NCBI GenBank assembly: GCA_002269645.1
Contig: NIVC01000327.1
Span: forward strand, 437,696-501,695
Origin: Macrostomum lignano
Taxonomy: Eukaryota
DNA length: 64,000 nucleotides
Direction of reading: 5' to 3'
The notes under the pieces are model-generated. The model saw nothing but the letters and a program-made list of their open reading frames with translations. It ran no database searches and was not told where the DNA came from. Below, piece by piece: positions 11,915 to 25,570 of the stretch (within the stretch, counting starts at the first letter, position 1; the number at the start of each line of letters is the position of its first letter). The position numbers were made by a program, and so were the translations under genes.

Positions 11915-11953
11915 CTGGCGTTGCGTTCTCGTCAGCTTCGTTAACGGCGGCCA
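11915..11953 (-). CDS. SLC4: SLC4 putative micro-exon 2 (39 nt, MAAVNEADENATP)
   Basis: TTTTCAG acceptor, GTGAGT donor, phase 1-1, open frame; no conserved motif to confirm. Confidence 0.55.
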
Positions 11954-12084
11954 CTGAAAATAATTGTTACAATTAAGATTCAGGTTTAATGAAGTGATAT
12001 TTCAATCACTTAGATCACTTAGTGGCAACTGGTTCATGGATGAAATTTAAGCAAATAGAAGATTGAGATGCAGGTTAAATGGGC

Positions 12085-13370
12085 TAGATTCAGATAACTA
12101 GGGTGAGATTTATGTATATAGGGTAAGATTTAGGTCACTAGAGTGAGATTTAGGTAACTAGGGTGAGATTCATGTAGCTAGGGAGATTCAGGTGACTAGA
12201 GTGAGATTCAGGTAACTAGGGTGAGATTCGTGTATCTAGGGAGATTCAGGTCACTAGGGTGAGATTCATGTATCTAGGGTGAGATTCAGGTGACTAGAGT
12301 GAGATTCATTGAGATTTATGTAGCTAGGGAGATTCAGATAGTTAGGCTGAGATTCATGCATCTAGGGTAAGATTTAGGTCACTAGAGTGAGATTCAGGTG
12401 ACTAGAGTGAGATTCATTGAGATTTATGTAGCTAGGGAGATTCAGATATATAGGGTGAGATTCAGATAAGTAGGGTGAGATTCAGGTAACTAGGGTGAGA
12501 TTCATGCATCTAAGGTGAGATTCAGGTCACTAGAGTGAGATTCAGGTAACTAGGGTGAGATTCATTGAGATTTATGTGGCTAGGGAGATTCAGATAATTA
12601 GGGTGAGATTCAGATAAGTAGGGTGAGATTCATGCATCTAGGGTGAGATTCAGGTGATTAGAGTGAGATTCAGGTAACTAGGGTGAGATTCATGTATCTA
12701 GGGAGATTCAGGTCACTAAGGGTGAAATTCAGGTATCTAGGGTGAGATTCAGGTGACTAGAGTGAGATTCATTGAGATTTATGTGGCTAGGGAGATTCAG
12801 ATAATTAGGGTGAGATTCAGATAAGTAGGGTGAGATTCAGATAAGTAGGGTGAGATTCATGCATCTAGGGTGAGATTCAGGTTATTAGAGTGAGATTCAG
12901 GTAACTAGGGTGAGATTCATGTATCTAGGGAGATTCAGGTCACTAAGGGTGAAATTCAGGTATCTAGGGTGAGATTCAGGTGACTAGAGTGAGATTCATT
13001 GAGATTTATGTGGCTAGGGAGATTCAGATAATTAGGGTGAGATTCAGATAAGTAGGGTGAGATTCAGATAAGTAGGGTGAGATTCAGATAAGTAGGGTGA
13101 GATTCAGATAAGTAGGGTGAGATTCATGCATCTAGGGTGAGATTCAGGTCACTAGAGTGAGATTCAGGTAACTAGGGTGAGATTCATGTATCTAGGGAGA
13201 TTCAGGTCACTTGGATGAGATTCAGGTAACTAGGGTGAGATTTATGTAGCTAGGGTGATTCAGGTAATTAGGGTGAGATTCAGATAAGTAGGGTGAGACT
13301 CAGGAATCCTGGGTGAGATTCGGTAACTAGGTGACATTCAGGTGTCATTCCACTAGGGGTGATTCAGTGT
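12085..13370. repeat. Intronic minisatellite, ~20-bp unit (tagggtgagattcaggtaac)
   Basis: Direct tandem repeat running to within ~15 bp of the exon 1 donor. Confidence 0.95.
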
Positions 13371-13383
13371 CATTCCATCTCAC

Positions 13384-13606
13384 TATTATTCTGCTGATGA
13401 TTTCTACGTCGTCTGCGTTTCTTTCGCGAGCCGCTAGCCGCAGAGGAGGGCACGTGCACTCCAATGTACATGGTCTTGCCGCCGCCTCCGCTGCCCCCGC
13501 CGCCGCCTAGTATAGGCATGCATCGGTGAGTCTCAGCCTCCTCAAACACACGCTGACCTCCGCTGTGACGTGAAGCGGCAGGAATAGGCTCCTCTCGTTC
13601 GGACAT
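13384..13606 (-). CDS. SLC4: SLC4 Na+-coupled bicarbonate transporter (NDCBE/NBCn-like), coding exon 1
   Basis: MSEREE...EEAETHR...MYIGVHVP...RKKRRRRRNH matches the (F/Y)IGVHVP plus basic-tract N-terminus of SLC4A7/8/10; GTGAGA donor after 13384, phase 1. Confidence 0.85.
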
Positions 13607-14114
13607 TTGTTTGGACAGTTGGAAAAAAAGCTTTCAAGTCGTGGCTTCAACAACAAAACAGCAACAGCAGAGTGAATGCGCAAGCAAACTTTAACGGGGG
13701 TTGATGTTGATTATAAAAATAACTGGGCACTGCTAATTCTTGCATATTTAACTAACTGCAGGTCCATTGGATCAGAAAATTCTACAAAATAAGAGCCAAT
13801 ACAAAATTGCGCAGAATTCAATGCAGAGCGCCTTTTTTAACGCATTAAAATTGCGCCAACAAGCTGGAAGAACCTTTCAAATCTCTCAACATACAACTGC
13901 GCAGTACAAATACGAACTATAACCGACATTGGGCAAACAAACCTTATATTGAGAAGCAATTACTAAAGTAGTCGAAATTCGAACTCAGACCAAACACTAG
14001 AAGGGCGAGGAGTTTTACAATCATTCATCTGATAAGCATATTGCAAGCACGCCTGGATAATTCTGCAAGTTGCTTAACGTTTTATTAGTTTAGGGCGCAA
14101 ATTTCGTGTTGCAC

Positions 14115-14995
14115 TAGCGTCACATTTGTGATCTTTTAGTTTGCACTTGTGTCACATCTGTGGTCTCTTAGTGTGCGCTTGTGTCACATCTGTGGTCTCT
14201 TTGTGTGCGCTTGTGTCACATCTGTGGTCTCTTTGTGTGCGCTTGTGTCACATCTGTGGTCTCTTTGTGTGCGCTTGTGTCACATCTGTGGTCTCTTAGT
14301 GTGCACTTGTGTCACATTTGTGATCTTTTAGTGTGGGCTTGTGTCACATTTGTGATCTTTTAGTGTGTGCTTATGTCAAATCTGTGGTCAATCAGTGTGC
14401 ACTTGTGTCACATTTGTGGTCTCTTAGTGTGCGCTTGTGTCACATTTGTGGTCTCTTAGTGTGCGCTTGTGTCACATTTGTGGTCTCTTAGTGTGGGCTT
14501 GTGTCACATTTGTGATCTTTTAGTGTGTGCTTATGTCAAATCTGTGGTCAATCAGTGTGCACTTGTGTCACATTTGTGGTCTCTTAGTGTGCGCTTGTGT
14601 CACATCTGTGGTCTCTTAGTGTGCGCTTGTGTCACATTTGTGGTCTCTTAGTGTGCGCTTGTGTCACATTTGTGGTCTCTTAGTGTGGGCTTGTGTCACA
14701 TTTGTGATCTTTTAGTGTGTGCTTATGTCAAATCTGTGGTCAATCAGTGTGCACTTGTGTCACATTTGTGGTCTCTTAGTGTGCGCTTGTGTCACATCTG
14801 TGGTCTCTTAGTGTGCGCTTGTGTCACATCTGTGGTCTCTTAGTGTGCGCTTGTGTCACATCTGTGGTCTCTTAGTGTGCGCTTGTGTCACATCTGTGGT
14901 CTCTTAGTGTGCGCTTGTGTCACATCTGTGGTCTCTTAGTTTGCACTTGCGTCACATCTGTGGTCTCTTAGTGTGCACTTGTGTCACATCTGTGG
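14115..14995. repeat. Minisatellite, 32-bp unit (gtgtcacatctgtggtctcttagtgtgcgctt), upstream of SLC4
   Basis: Direct tandem repeat. Confidence 0.95.
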
Positions 14996-17900
14996 GTGCT
15001 TGCTATTTTTCAGCATACATCAGCATATATCCCAACATATATGACAATAGAAAATTTTCAGCTAACATCTACCTGTGTATATGTTAGGATCAAATAAAGT
15101 GACTTTACATAGAACATACTATACTACATGCGACTAGTAGCACAACCATAAATTTTTTGAGGGGGAGGGCAGATTCTGGAGGGTAAAGTCCCAGGAAGGG
15201 GGCAGAGGGGTGGCTCTGGTTTTGGCAAAAATTTGCTTGGTTCCCCCTTTGATTTTTTTGGGGTCTCTGCCTAAGATGAAAGTGCAACCACCCCACCTCT
15301 CCTGGTTGCACCATTGCATGCAACACTGTCAATATGGAATACAAGGAATAAAAAGAAGAATTTTAAACTTTTGCCCAAAAATGTTCTTTTCCTTAATTTT
15401 TTAGCAACTAAAAACTATTTTAAATATTATTTTATAATTTTCTTCTTAGTATACGTTGCAAAACTGCTAACTTTAGGTTTGTTATTCTGCATGAATAATG
15501 AATTCAAAATAAAAAAAGCATACAACTTTGGCATTCATAGTTAAAAGCATTTTTAGTCTCAGCATGCAAACATGGTCCTGCATTTACTCCCACTGGACCT
15601 AGCATACACTAATACAGGATGCAAACTATGGCTTGAATCATTTGATTAGGCCTAAATATATTAGCTATATACAAGGACTATTTAAAGCATATATATTAAA
15701 ATTAAAAAAGATATAATAATAAAGTCAATCATGAAGTCTAGATCAAAAATAATAGTTTCAAGAAAATGAAAAATTCCATTTTTCTTTATTATTTCTATCT
15801 TACTAGTCTATTAATAGGCCAAGTATAAATAAAATTGCTATAATATCAATTTAAAAATATTATATTTTATATATTATTACACTTACTTTGGAATGAGGTT
15901 TCTAAAATCTTTCTAAAACTAAAAGTATAATTTGTATTTGTATTAAAAGTAGATTTATGCTATCAACACTAATAACAAATAGCCTATTAGTAGATATACT
16001 CAAGCTTAAGCAAATATATAATACCAAATTGATAATAAATTAAACACTATTTTATTAATCAACTTTTAGAAATTTGCAGATTGTTTTATTATGATATTAA
16101 TTAGAAATTTTAGTACTACTAGACTTTATTATTTATATTACCTACCTAACTACCTTATATTACTTACCTACTTTAATGATATTGGTCTCTACTATTTATA
16201 GGTAATTTAATTCTTTATATTCAATAAATACAATAAGGGCATTATATCTTACAATCTAAATGTTTTGTGCATCTTTGCTATGTCATTCTATACAATGATA
16301 TATATATATATATATAGGCCCTACCTTTTGTTTTAAATAAGTATGATTTATAGGCTTTTACTTTATTATGAAATAGGGTTATTTTTTAGAATTGTTTTCC
16401 TAGAAAGTATTACATTTGAAATTAAACTACTTTGTTTTAATGTGTATAATATTAGTAATATTGTGACTATTATAAATATTAGAAAATTTTATTTGTTTTA
16501 AACCATGCTGAAAAGGGGTATAAATATACTAGGCCTAGCTACTAGCAAGAGAAGAGGCAACTTACTATTGTACTAGCTTAAAATTTGTTCTAGTATCTTA
16601 AATTGAAGCTTGAGTAAAACTTACTAACTTAGTTATTTAGAAGCATCAAAAGCCCTAAGATTGGGAGGATTCAATCCATTCTTACAAAATGAGACATCCA
16701 GATTTAGAATCTAAGAAATTGCCTTAGAAGGCAGAAATCCTACCATAAGGTAGAGTAATCTAAACTCAGAGTCTAAGAAACCTGCCTCACCTCAGGGCAG
16801 AGTACCTAGCAAATAAGCTGTGACCCTTTGATCACAGGAATGCCTAGGAATGAGAGAATAAAAAACCTTAATGTAAGAAGCATAAGAGATATAAGAATAA
16901 GGTAGATTAGGGGTTGCAAATAGGGTGTAATTTACACCCTGAAATTTGGATTTGCACCCACTTTTTTTCATTGGATGCAACTCTTGTATCTATATTTTTT
17001 GAGATCAGGATGCACGCAAGTCATTTTTTAGCAAAAGTTACAAACAAAACATCATGCATAAATATACTGTTTTAATACTTTTTTGAATCTTCATTGAATA
17101 CTTTCCCTAAATTCAGACCTAGATGCAAGTTGCATCCTAGTTTTCATATTTTTATCCATTTTTAAGCTTGAGATGCAATCTTGCATCCATATTTTTGGTA
17201 GAAAAAAACCCTAGGGTAGATAGTACCATAAGACTGCTCAGGCCAAAAGTATAATATATATACATATGCTACCAGTAGATAAATACATATGCTACTAGTA
17301 GATATATACACTGCTAGAAGTACAACATCTATAAAAGTACAAGTATTATAGCACTATTAGAACTTTGGTGTCAGCAGCAAAATAAATTAGATAGAGAGCA
17401 ATCAGCACTGTTACGAATTTGATAGCAGCTTAAGGATATTTAGAGTAAGAAGTAGAAAAAGTAGCCCTAGCACAATTAAAATATGATACTATAAAATTAA
17501 AAAAACATATCAATATAACAAATGTAATATAACATCTATAGTTTCCTAGAAAGGCAAACTAGAATACCAAAGTAGCAATAATCCAAGAAATAAAAAGCAT
17601 AGATAACTTTACTTTTGCTTGATATTTTGTATTTTAATTTCTTTGTCATTATCAAGAATATTAGGCCCTATTTAGGCTTGCATTAAATTGCATTTTTTAT
17701 CCTACCATTATTATTTTTATATATAACTTTATAAAAAGTGACAAATTCTACTGAATACTAACTAAAATATACACTGACTAAGTAAAAAGTTGACCATCTC
17801 ATGATCTCACTCATTGAAGAAGTATGTTTATTTCTCAAGTGCAATTCAAGGATCAACATTGAAACCTAATCCTTGACATTGTCACCTAGCCTATTTTTTG

Positions 17901-19024
17901 TTTTATTGTGACAAAGCCAATTTTAAAATAATGTCGAAATGATATTTTCTTTTTCTATTATATGACATGTTCGGATGAACTTTAACTGTTTTTTATATAT
18001 GATATCAGTTCTTGTTAGGCCTAGTTACGATATTTTTTTTATTTACCTACTAAAATAAGTGGCCCGGGGAAGCAGCCTGTGGCCAATTCAGGTCAATAAA
18101 CTCGCTCGATATATATAATGTGAAAAATTTTACATTGCAAGTTTAATAGAAACTAAATTTTCTGAAATCAGTTCTACTAACTTACGTTAATTACTGACTG
18201 CTTATTAGTAGCCCATAGCTTCTTACGCAGCTGTAAGAAGTCCGTGACGACTGCGAATACGAATATACTTTCAAAATGTTTAAGCTGCTTTTTGACACTA
18301 TACTAGGTATTATTTGCTAAAAAATATTTTTGCAGTAAAAATATTTTTAACAGCCACTTTGGCTTGTAAAATTATTGTAGCTACGCAAACAATTTAGACC
18401 TTTTTTTGTTAAGCTAACGCTTTTAAAGCCGAGGTGTTATATAGAGCACTTCCATTTTTTCTGCCCCACATAGTGACCTGTTATGGCGACGCTGGTAGCC
18501 TAAAGGCGGGCGGCGCGATCCCGGAGCTCCCGGCCTTTCTTGCTCACCCGCCTGGGCCTCAGTTCCAAGCAGCGAATGGATGTGACTCGGGACACTGGCC
18601 CATAGGACTTGTGTAGGGGTGTTGACAGTTGTAACAGTTAGTTAGCTTTATAGCTTCCCAATGAGTGAACCCGCATGTAATCCGGACTTCTAGATCCGGG
18701 GTCCCATTTTGCTTGTTGCACTTGGCCTGTGAGGCCCAGGGGGGAAACTTTTCAGATCAGGCCAGTCTGGGCGTCTTATCCAGGTCGACGTCGCTCACCC
18801 CTTTTTCGAGCGAAACCAGCTTGTTTTTTGGTCGCATTTTGCAGGGTGGCTTTCCCACCGGTGTAGCTTATTGCACGTTGCTGCATTTGTTCTTTTAAAT
18901 AAAGCGTGCGCCGCTTCGCTCTGTTTCTTTATTTGAACGGCCAGGGAGAGTGTAGTGGCCGCTAGTTTAGTTTAGGCGTCACACTATAGTGTCAGCAGTC
19001 CCTCGCCGTCGCCATGGGCTGCCG

Positions 19025-19160
19025 TCTGCCGCTGGACTTAGCCGACTCCACACCAACCATTGCATTAGGTCGACGACTGCGAGGAATCTGGTCGATAGTG
19101 GACAGTCAAAAGAAGAAATCAAGGCTATGACAGATACGTGGATCGCTTCGTATAAAAGTA
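19025..19160 (+). pseudogene. Crypton-type (DUF3504-like) tyrosine recombinase C-terminal fragment
   Basis: SAAGLSRLHTNHCIRSTTARNLVDSG...IKAMT..SYK fits the TNHxxR...xSY motif; the usual GH is missing. Confidence 0.6.
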
Positions 19161-19254
19161 TAATTGTACAGAAAACGGTCAACGGCGACAAGACGATCCG
19201 GCGACAGTCAAAGCGGCGACAAGGTGTACATATATGCAGTACTCGAGTAAAGCG

Positions 19255-19667
19255 CTAGTGAGTACAACAATCTGGATGCTCTTTTCGATAATGTACATGA
19301 CACATTGCTACGGAGCGCTGTTTGGCAGGTGTCCGACCTTAGCGTCTACTAGCAGGCAATGCGCACAAACAATGACACCGCCGAGGGCTGGCATCGATGG
19401 CTCAATCGTCGTGCGCAACGCGGATGCCTGCAATTTTACCTACTTGTAAAGTTGCTGCATGACGAAAGACGTGTCTGTGAAATGGAAGCGTCGAGGCTGG
19501 TTCGCCAGCAGGGCGTACAGCGTCGAAGGCAGCAGCGCAGCGCTTACCAACGCGTACAGAAGCTGTGCTTCCGTCTGTGGACGGAGTACGCATGCGGCGA
19601 GCGCTCGGCGTTGCAGCTGCTGCAAGCGTGCAGCAAGCTCAACGGGCCTGCAAATGGTCTGAGATGA
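19255..19667 (+). pseudogene. MULE/Mutator transposase C-terminal fragment
   Basis: ...AVWQVSDLSVY*QAMRTNNDTAEGWHRWLNRRA...LQFYLLVKLLHDE, i.e. the RTNNxxEGWH motif with an in-frame stop. Confidence 0.7.
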
Positions 19668-21366
19668 GTGATTGGGCTGCTTTTACTGTGCTACAATTAT
19701 TAGTACTTTTTTAAATAGTGCACTTCTTATCAAATTCGATATCGCGGGCTTTGTGACAAAAAGACATTTCTCTTTTCTCGATTCGTTGAGTTGTGGGCCA
19801 CCCCTAATGTACACAGCTGCTCAACTAAAATGTACTTGACTGTGTCCATTGGTACACTGTACGCACATGTGTAAAAATAGGTGCAGTCAACAAATGCCTA
19901 GGGCGCACAGATAAAAAACAACTTAGTTCGTTTTGTTTGTATCTACATGTATTGTCGGGTAGATACAAACAAATTTCGCCGGATTGACTGTAAGCCTACA
20001 TGTACATGCATTCGCATAGCTAGCTACTGTTTTTTGTCCCATTACCGTAATTAATATAAAAGTTAACGTAATAAATTGTTTTAAGCCATACATCGCATCA
20101 AGGATTCCGACAGCCAGCAGACCAAACGCATCTCTCTGAAAAGATAAAAGACAATATTTCTAATAGTCTCCCAGCCGTCCTACAGGACTCCAAGACTCAT
20201 TTTAATTCGAAGAAAATCGAGTTCAGCATCCTTTAACTACAGCTTAATGAGTTATATCCTAAGGCAAGATATCCAGAAATTGAAATTCCACTGAAAGACT
20301 CTATACATGGTTTACTTTTTATGGAAACATTAATGCTTACAGGGTCCACCCTTTCGATTAATTAAAAAATCTAATGCAAGTACAAGAAGCTACATGTAAA
20401 TCAAGAATATTGATCTATCTATAAAAATTCTAGAAAATTCTATTGAACTAATTTCTAATTAGTTTAATTAAGCTTAAAACTGGCATGCAAGTCCAATACA
20501 GCATCGACTTTGAAGCTTGACTCTGCACTGCTTACACAAATTGTAATTAATTTGCATGTCATGCAAGTCAAAGTGGCCGCGCACACTGAAGCGGCTTCAA
20601 ATTTAATCAATTTCGGTCGATTTCGCGCTCCACAAGGCGGCAAACGAGACAAAATTACGTGTATTGGGCTTCTATATGTGGTGCAAAGTGGGATTGAGAG
20701 AAGAGAATCCAGTGCTGGTTAAAAAGCAGCAGGGCGGCATAAAAACACGCCACAGAGACTGCATGCTGTGGTGAAAAGAACTTCAACTTTCATCAGCAGC
20801 AAACAGTAAGATTGGCTCGTAAAGCTCACTGCATGGCATGTTGCAAAGCAGAAAATCCAATATGGTACGCGGGCATTCTATACTGTTCTGCCGCATCCCC
20901 ACCGAGTTAATTAGGCTAGAGGAAGAACCATCGGGCACAGGGACCTTATATATATTCAATACGTGCATACAGCTGCAGGCATACGCTCGGCTGGCCCAGT
21001 GTTGGGTTCAGTAATTGAAATACGTATAGCGGCAGCGAGGAATCTTTGATACACCGCGCGCAGTTGTTAAGACGCCTCGCTCGCGAATTAGACTGCATGG
21101 CGACCAAATTCATCAGCGGGTCAATAAAGACGGAGCCGCGCGCACACGCATGCAGCGGTTGGATAAGCTAGCTGACCAGAATTTTAAAATCAAGCAGAAA
21201 AGGGGCCGAGACGGCGAGATAAGAGAGCTGGAAGAGGATGGGGGTGCATCAGCCAATGGCAAGCGATGACGGGATTTTTTTGTTAAAAACAAGCTTTCAT
21301 GGGCATAAATTGGCACCCAGCTCTCTCTTCAACAAGATTTCTCTCCTATCGCCCTTTTCCGAAAGA

Positions 21367-21568
21367 ATGTCACCAAATACAAAGATTTTGCTTCTGCTTC
21401 TTATTTTAGCATTCGGTATTTGCTGTAGCAAAAAGCAAAAATCTTGGCCGACAACAACGGATGCGCACCTGCAGTTCCTGTTCGACCTGTTGCCAAGGCT
21501 TAGCCATGGCTCAGACTCGATGTCGAGATTAGGCAACGACAGCATAAGGGCGGTGCGAGCTGAGCTAA
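21367..21568 (+). CDS. TGF-beta/BMP-family ligand, exon 1 (signal peptide)
   Basis: MSPNTKILLLLLILAFGICCS hydrophobic signal; A|GTAAGT donor, phase 1, joins exon 2 in frame. Confidence 0.7.
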
Positions 21569-23639
21569 GTAAGTATTATTTAATGAAATTTCCCATGCTG
21601 TTTGATGTCTCATCAACATAACAAAACCATGATCTTGAAAAGCGTTTCAACTGCATTTTGAGGAGAGAGAGAGTATAAACATGTAGGTAAGTTTTAGAGA
21701 GTAAAAATACAGAGTGGATGGTGGTCTCCGTGCTTTGATTGCCTGAAAGTTAGGCCTTGGCTTGTCAATTGATTGCGCAAAAAATAAGCTTATATAAGAA
21801 GGGCCGCACCGGCGCCGAAGGCTCTTCTGCAAAGACGTAGGCGCTTGATTGAGTTGATAGATAGATGGTATTAAAACGAACAAGAGGCCCATGACCTTTT
21901 GGAGAATAAAGGGGAGAGAAGACAGACGAGCAGTCAGTCAAGCAGAGAAAGCCAGAGACAATAAACATAAAGAAAGACAGACAAGCGTAGACAGACAGCT
22001 TAGAAGCGGACACCAGTTCGCACACATCAACAGATTTTAAAGAGTAATTGAAGCTCATTAACCTCAACACGGCTACCAGAGACAACATGAATTGAAATAC
22101 TTGTATTCTAAACTTAATTTTAGCATTTTAGTAAATACTCTGTCTAATCTATCAGGCAGACAAACCAATAAATAAATCAAAGAGCAAAGGAAGAAGAGGG
22201 AAATAAAGGAAATTTTATAAACTAACCAACCTGATTTCCGTAGGGGCGCGGGTCTGACAGGGTCTGATCTGGGGCGCTCTACATTGCCCTAATGAGCAGT
22301 TTCAGATTCCCTATAGCATTAGCTAATACAGATGAAGTGGCTTTCCACATGTTATCAGCCAGTCCTAACTGCCTGACAAGGCAGCAGCTGCATACATGGC
22401 ATCTTCATCAGCGGCCACTTGTGTTGGACAAGACTCGTCTGCTCTGGGCATACGAGATTATTGACCCCCCTCCCCCAATGGGCACGCTATATTTCAATGT
22501 CTCAACTTCTCTGGGAACTGATTTAATTTTCAATTGAAGCATGCATTGCGTCCGAGGTGGATTCAAAAGTTATTCTAGGGCTTGCAAAACACAGTTATGT
22601 TTGCAAAACTGAATTTGCGACGATTGCTGGTGAAGTGCATTTTTTGCCATAGAAAAGACTCAGACGATATAACTTTGCCTGCTAGCTGGTGGCATTTCTA
22701 AAAGAATATAAGATCGATTGGTTTGTGAATCAGCTTCGGACAGAACGCATGCTTGGTCGATTTGTAACTCGGCAAGTTAAGAAGGTGAGTGCTGAAAAAC
22801 AAGAAAATTATCATCTCGCTGTTACACTTTGCAGAGACCTCCTTTAGCTGTTCATGTGTAGGCAGTATAGAGGAAACCTCTCTGACCACTACATATTGTT
22901 GCGCAATGCAACTGAACCATAACAGCCGCGTTAAAGCAGACGTGCTTTTGAAAAGTAATCAGCCTAATGCTAATTTGTTATATCTTTGTTGGTATCTATA
23001 CCCCTTTGCTGCATAAGCGAGACTGTAGGAATGCAAAAACTTGTTCGTTCAAGCTAGCAAAATTTATGCCCACCAATTGACGCTGGCCTGTCAAAGAACC
23101 GAGCCATTCGTTTAAACAACTGTCTGCTGAAGCATGGCTTAAATAAGCTGACCGAGTTTGTTAGTTTAGTTTAAGCATTGCAAGTGTCGTCACCCTCCCA
23201 AATTCTTCTTGCGCATAAGCATAGCGCAAAAGCTTAGTCAGTTAGTTGTAAGGGGATTTTGTCCCAGACGAAAAAATCAAGGCGAAAGTCGACCGAAAGG
23301 AGACAAGCAGTCGTGCATGCTGATTTCGCTGACAACTGAGCGCGTACATGCTCACATATGGAGTACAGCGGTCCTGAGTTTCTCATCGTCAGGCAGTGTA
23401 CACACTGCACCTCTTGGGTGTTGGTTGGGCCTCGTGGGTGTAATCGCAGCCCCAAATCAATGTGGGCTCCGCGCAAGGAACCGAACCTGGTACTTTGGCA
23501 CAAGTGATTTGCTTTTTAGATAGATGGAATTTTTATCATACATTTTAGCCATTATCCTCAATTGAGATTCGTGCCTGAAAAGAGGGGATAATTAGTAGTC
23601 ATCTATTTATTTGAATGCAAGTAGTGGACCAGAAGTTCT

Positions 23640-25485
23640 ACCCTGAAGCAGGGGAGTTGCCTCCTACACTGGGGAGTTGCCTCCTAGACAGGGGGTTGCT
23701 ACCTGAACTGGGGAGTTGCCTCCTAGACAGGGGGTTGCTACCTGAACTGGGGAGTTGCTACCTGGACTGGGGAGTTGCTACCTGGACTGGGGAGTTGCCT
23801 TCTAGACTGGGAGTTGCATCCTGAACTGGGAGAGTTGCATCCTGGACTGGGACAGTTGCATCCTGGACTGGGAGAGTTGCATCCTGGACTGGGAGTGTTG
23901 CATCCTGGACTGGGAGAGTTGCATCCTGGACTGGGGGTGTTGCATCCTGGACTGGGAGAGTTGCATCCTGGACTGGGAGAGTTGCATCCTCGACTGGAAG
24001 AGTTGCATCCTGGACTGGGAGCACCCAGGACTGGGAGTTGCACCCTGGAGCTGGGGAGTTGCATCCTAGACTGGGAGAGTTGCATCCTGGACTGGGAGAG
24101 TTGCATCCTGAACTTGAGAAGTTGCCTTTTTAGACTCGGGAGTTGCATCCTGAATTGGGAGAGTTGCATCGTGGACTGGGAGGGTTGTATCCTGAACTTG
24201 GGGAGTTGCCTTCTAGACTGGGGAGTTGCATCCTGAACTGGGAGGGTTGTATCCTGAACTTGGGGGGTTGCCTTCTAGACTGGGAGTTGCATCCTGAACT
24301 GGGAGAGTTGCATCCTGGACTGGGAGAGTTGCATCCTGGACTGGGAGAGTTGCATCCTGGACTGGGAGAGTTGCATCCTGGACTGGGAGAGTTGCGTCCT
24401 GGACTGGGAGAGTTGCATCCTGGACTGGGAGTTGCATCCTGGACTGGGAGAGTTGCATCCTGGACTGGGAGTTGCATCCTGGACTGGGAGAGTTGCATCC
24501 TAGACTGGGAGAGTTGCATCCTGGACTGGGGGAGTTGCATCCTGGACTGGGAGAGTTGCATCCTGGACTGGGAGAGTTGCATCCTGAACTTGAGAAGTTG
24601 CCTTTTTAGACTCGGGAGTTGCATCCTGAATTGGGAGAGTTGCATCGTGGACTGGGAGGGTTGTATCCTGAACTTGGGGGGTTGCCTTCTAGACTGGGAG
24701 TTGCATCCTGAACTGGGAGAGTTGCATCCTGGACTGGGAGAGTTGCATCCTGGACTGGGAGAGTTGCATCCTGGACTGGGAGAGTTGCATCCTGGACTGG
24801 GAGAGTTGCGTCCTGGACTGGGAGAGTTGCATCCTGGACTGGGAGAGTTGCGTCCTGGACTGGGAGAGTTGCATCCTGGACTGGGAGTTGCATCCTGGAC
24901 TGGGAGAGTTGCATCCTGGACTGGGAGTTGCATCCTGGACTGGGAGAGTTGCATCCTAGACTGGGAGTTGCATCCTGGACTGGGAGAGTTGCATCCTGAC
25001 TGGGAGTTGCATCCTGGACTGGGAGAGTTGCATCCTAGACTGGGAGAGTTGCATCCTGGACTGGGGGAGTTGCATCCTGGACTGGGAGAGTTGCATCCTG
25101 GACTGGGAGTTGCATCCTGGACTGGGAGAGTTGCATCCTGGACTGGGAGAGTTGCATCCTGGACTGGGAGAGTTGCATCCTGGACTGGGAGAGTTGCATC
25201 CTGGACTGGGAGAGTTGCATCCTGGACTGGGAGAGTTGCATCCTGGACTGGAAGTTGCATCCTAGACTGGGAGAGTTGCATCCTGGACTGGGAGAGTTGC
25301 ATCCTGGACTGGGAGTTGCATCCTGGACTGGGAGAGTTGCATCCTGGACTGGGAGTTGCATCCTAGACTGGGAGAGTTGCATCCTGGACTGGGAGAGTTG
25401 CATCCTGGACTGGGAGTTGCATCCTGGACTGGGAGCACCCAGGACTGGGAGCTGCACCCTGGAGCGGGGGAGTTGCCGCTAGACT
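23640..25485. repeat. Intronic minisatellite, 21/19-bp unit (gggagagttgcatcctggact)
   Basis: Direct tandem repeat in intron 1 of the TGF-beta gene. Confidence 0.95.
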
Positions 25486-25570
25486 GATAATTTGAAAGGA
25501 TAGCATTAAAAGATCAACGCTTAGCACGGCAATTTACAAAGAAACACATGTTACAAATATTTCCATCCAG

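Noticed and set aside
17120-17190. Short palindromes GATGCAA-G/TC-TTGCATC resembling the 21-bp satellite core
   Set aside because: Too short to establish a relationship; no element boundaries found
18436-19000. Possible solo LTR with degenerate PBS (TAGTGTCAGCAGT) and AATAAA
   Set aside because: No matching termini or TSD found, and the PBS-like stretch is mismatched and abuts the Crypton fragment
20240-20460. Possible hAT dimerisation-domain remnant (YPEIEIPLK...)
   Set aside because: The diagnostic ERxFS motif could not be recovered
23615-25482. Many overlapping ORFs (LHPGLGE)n / (QSRMQLS)n
   Set aside because: Products of the 21-bp minisatellite inside the TGF-beta intron
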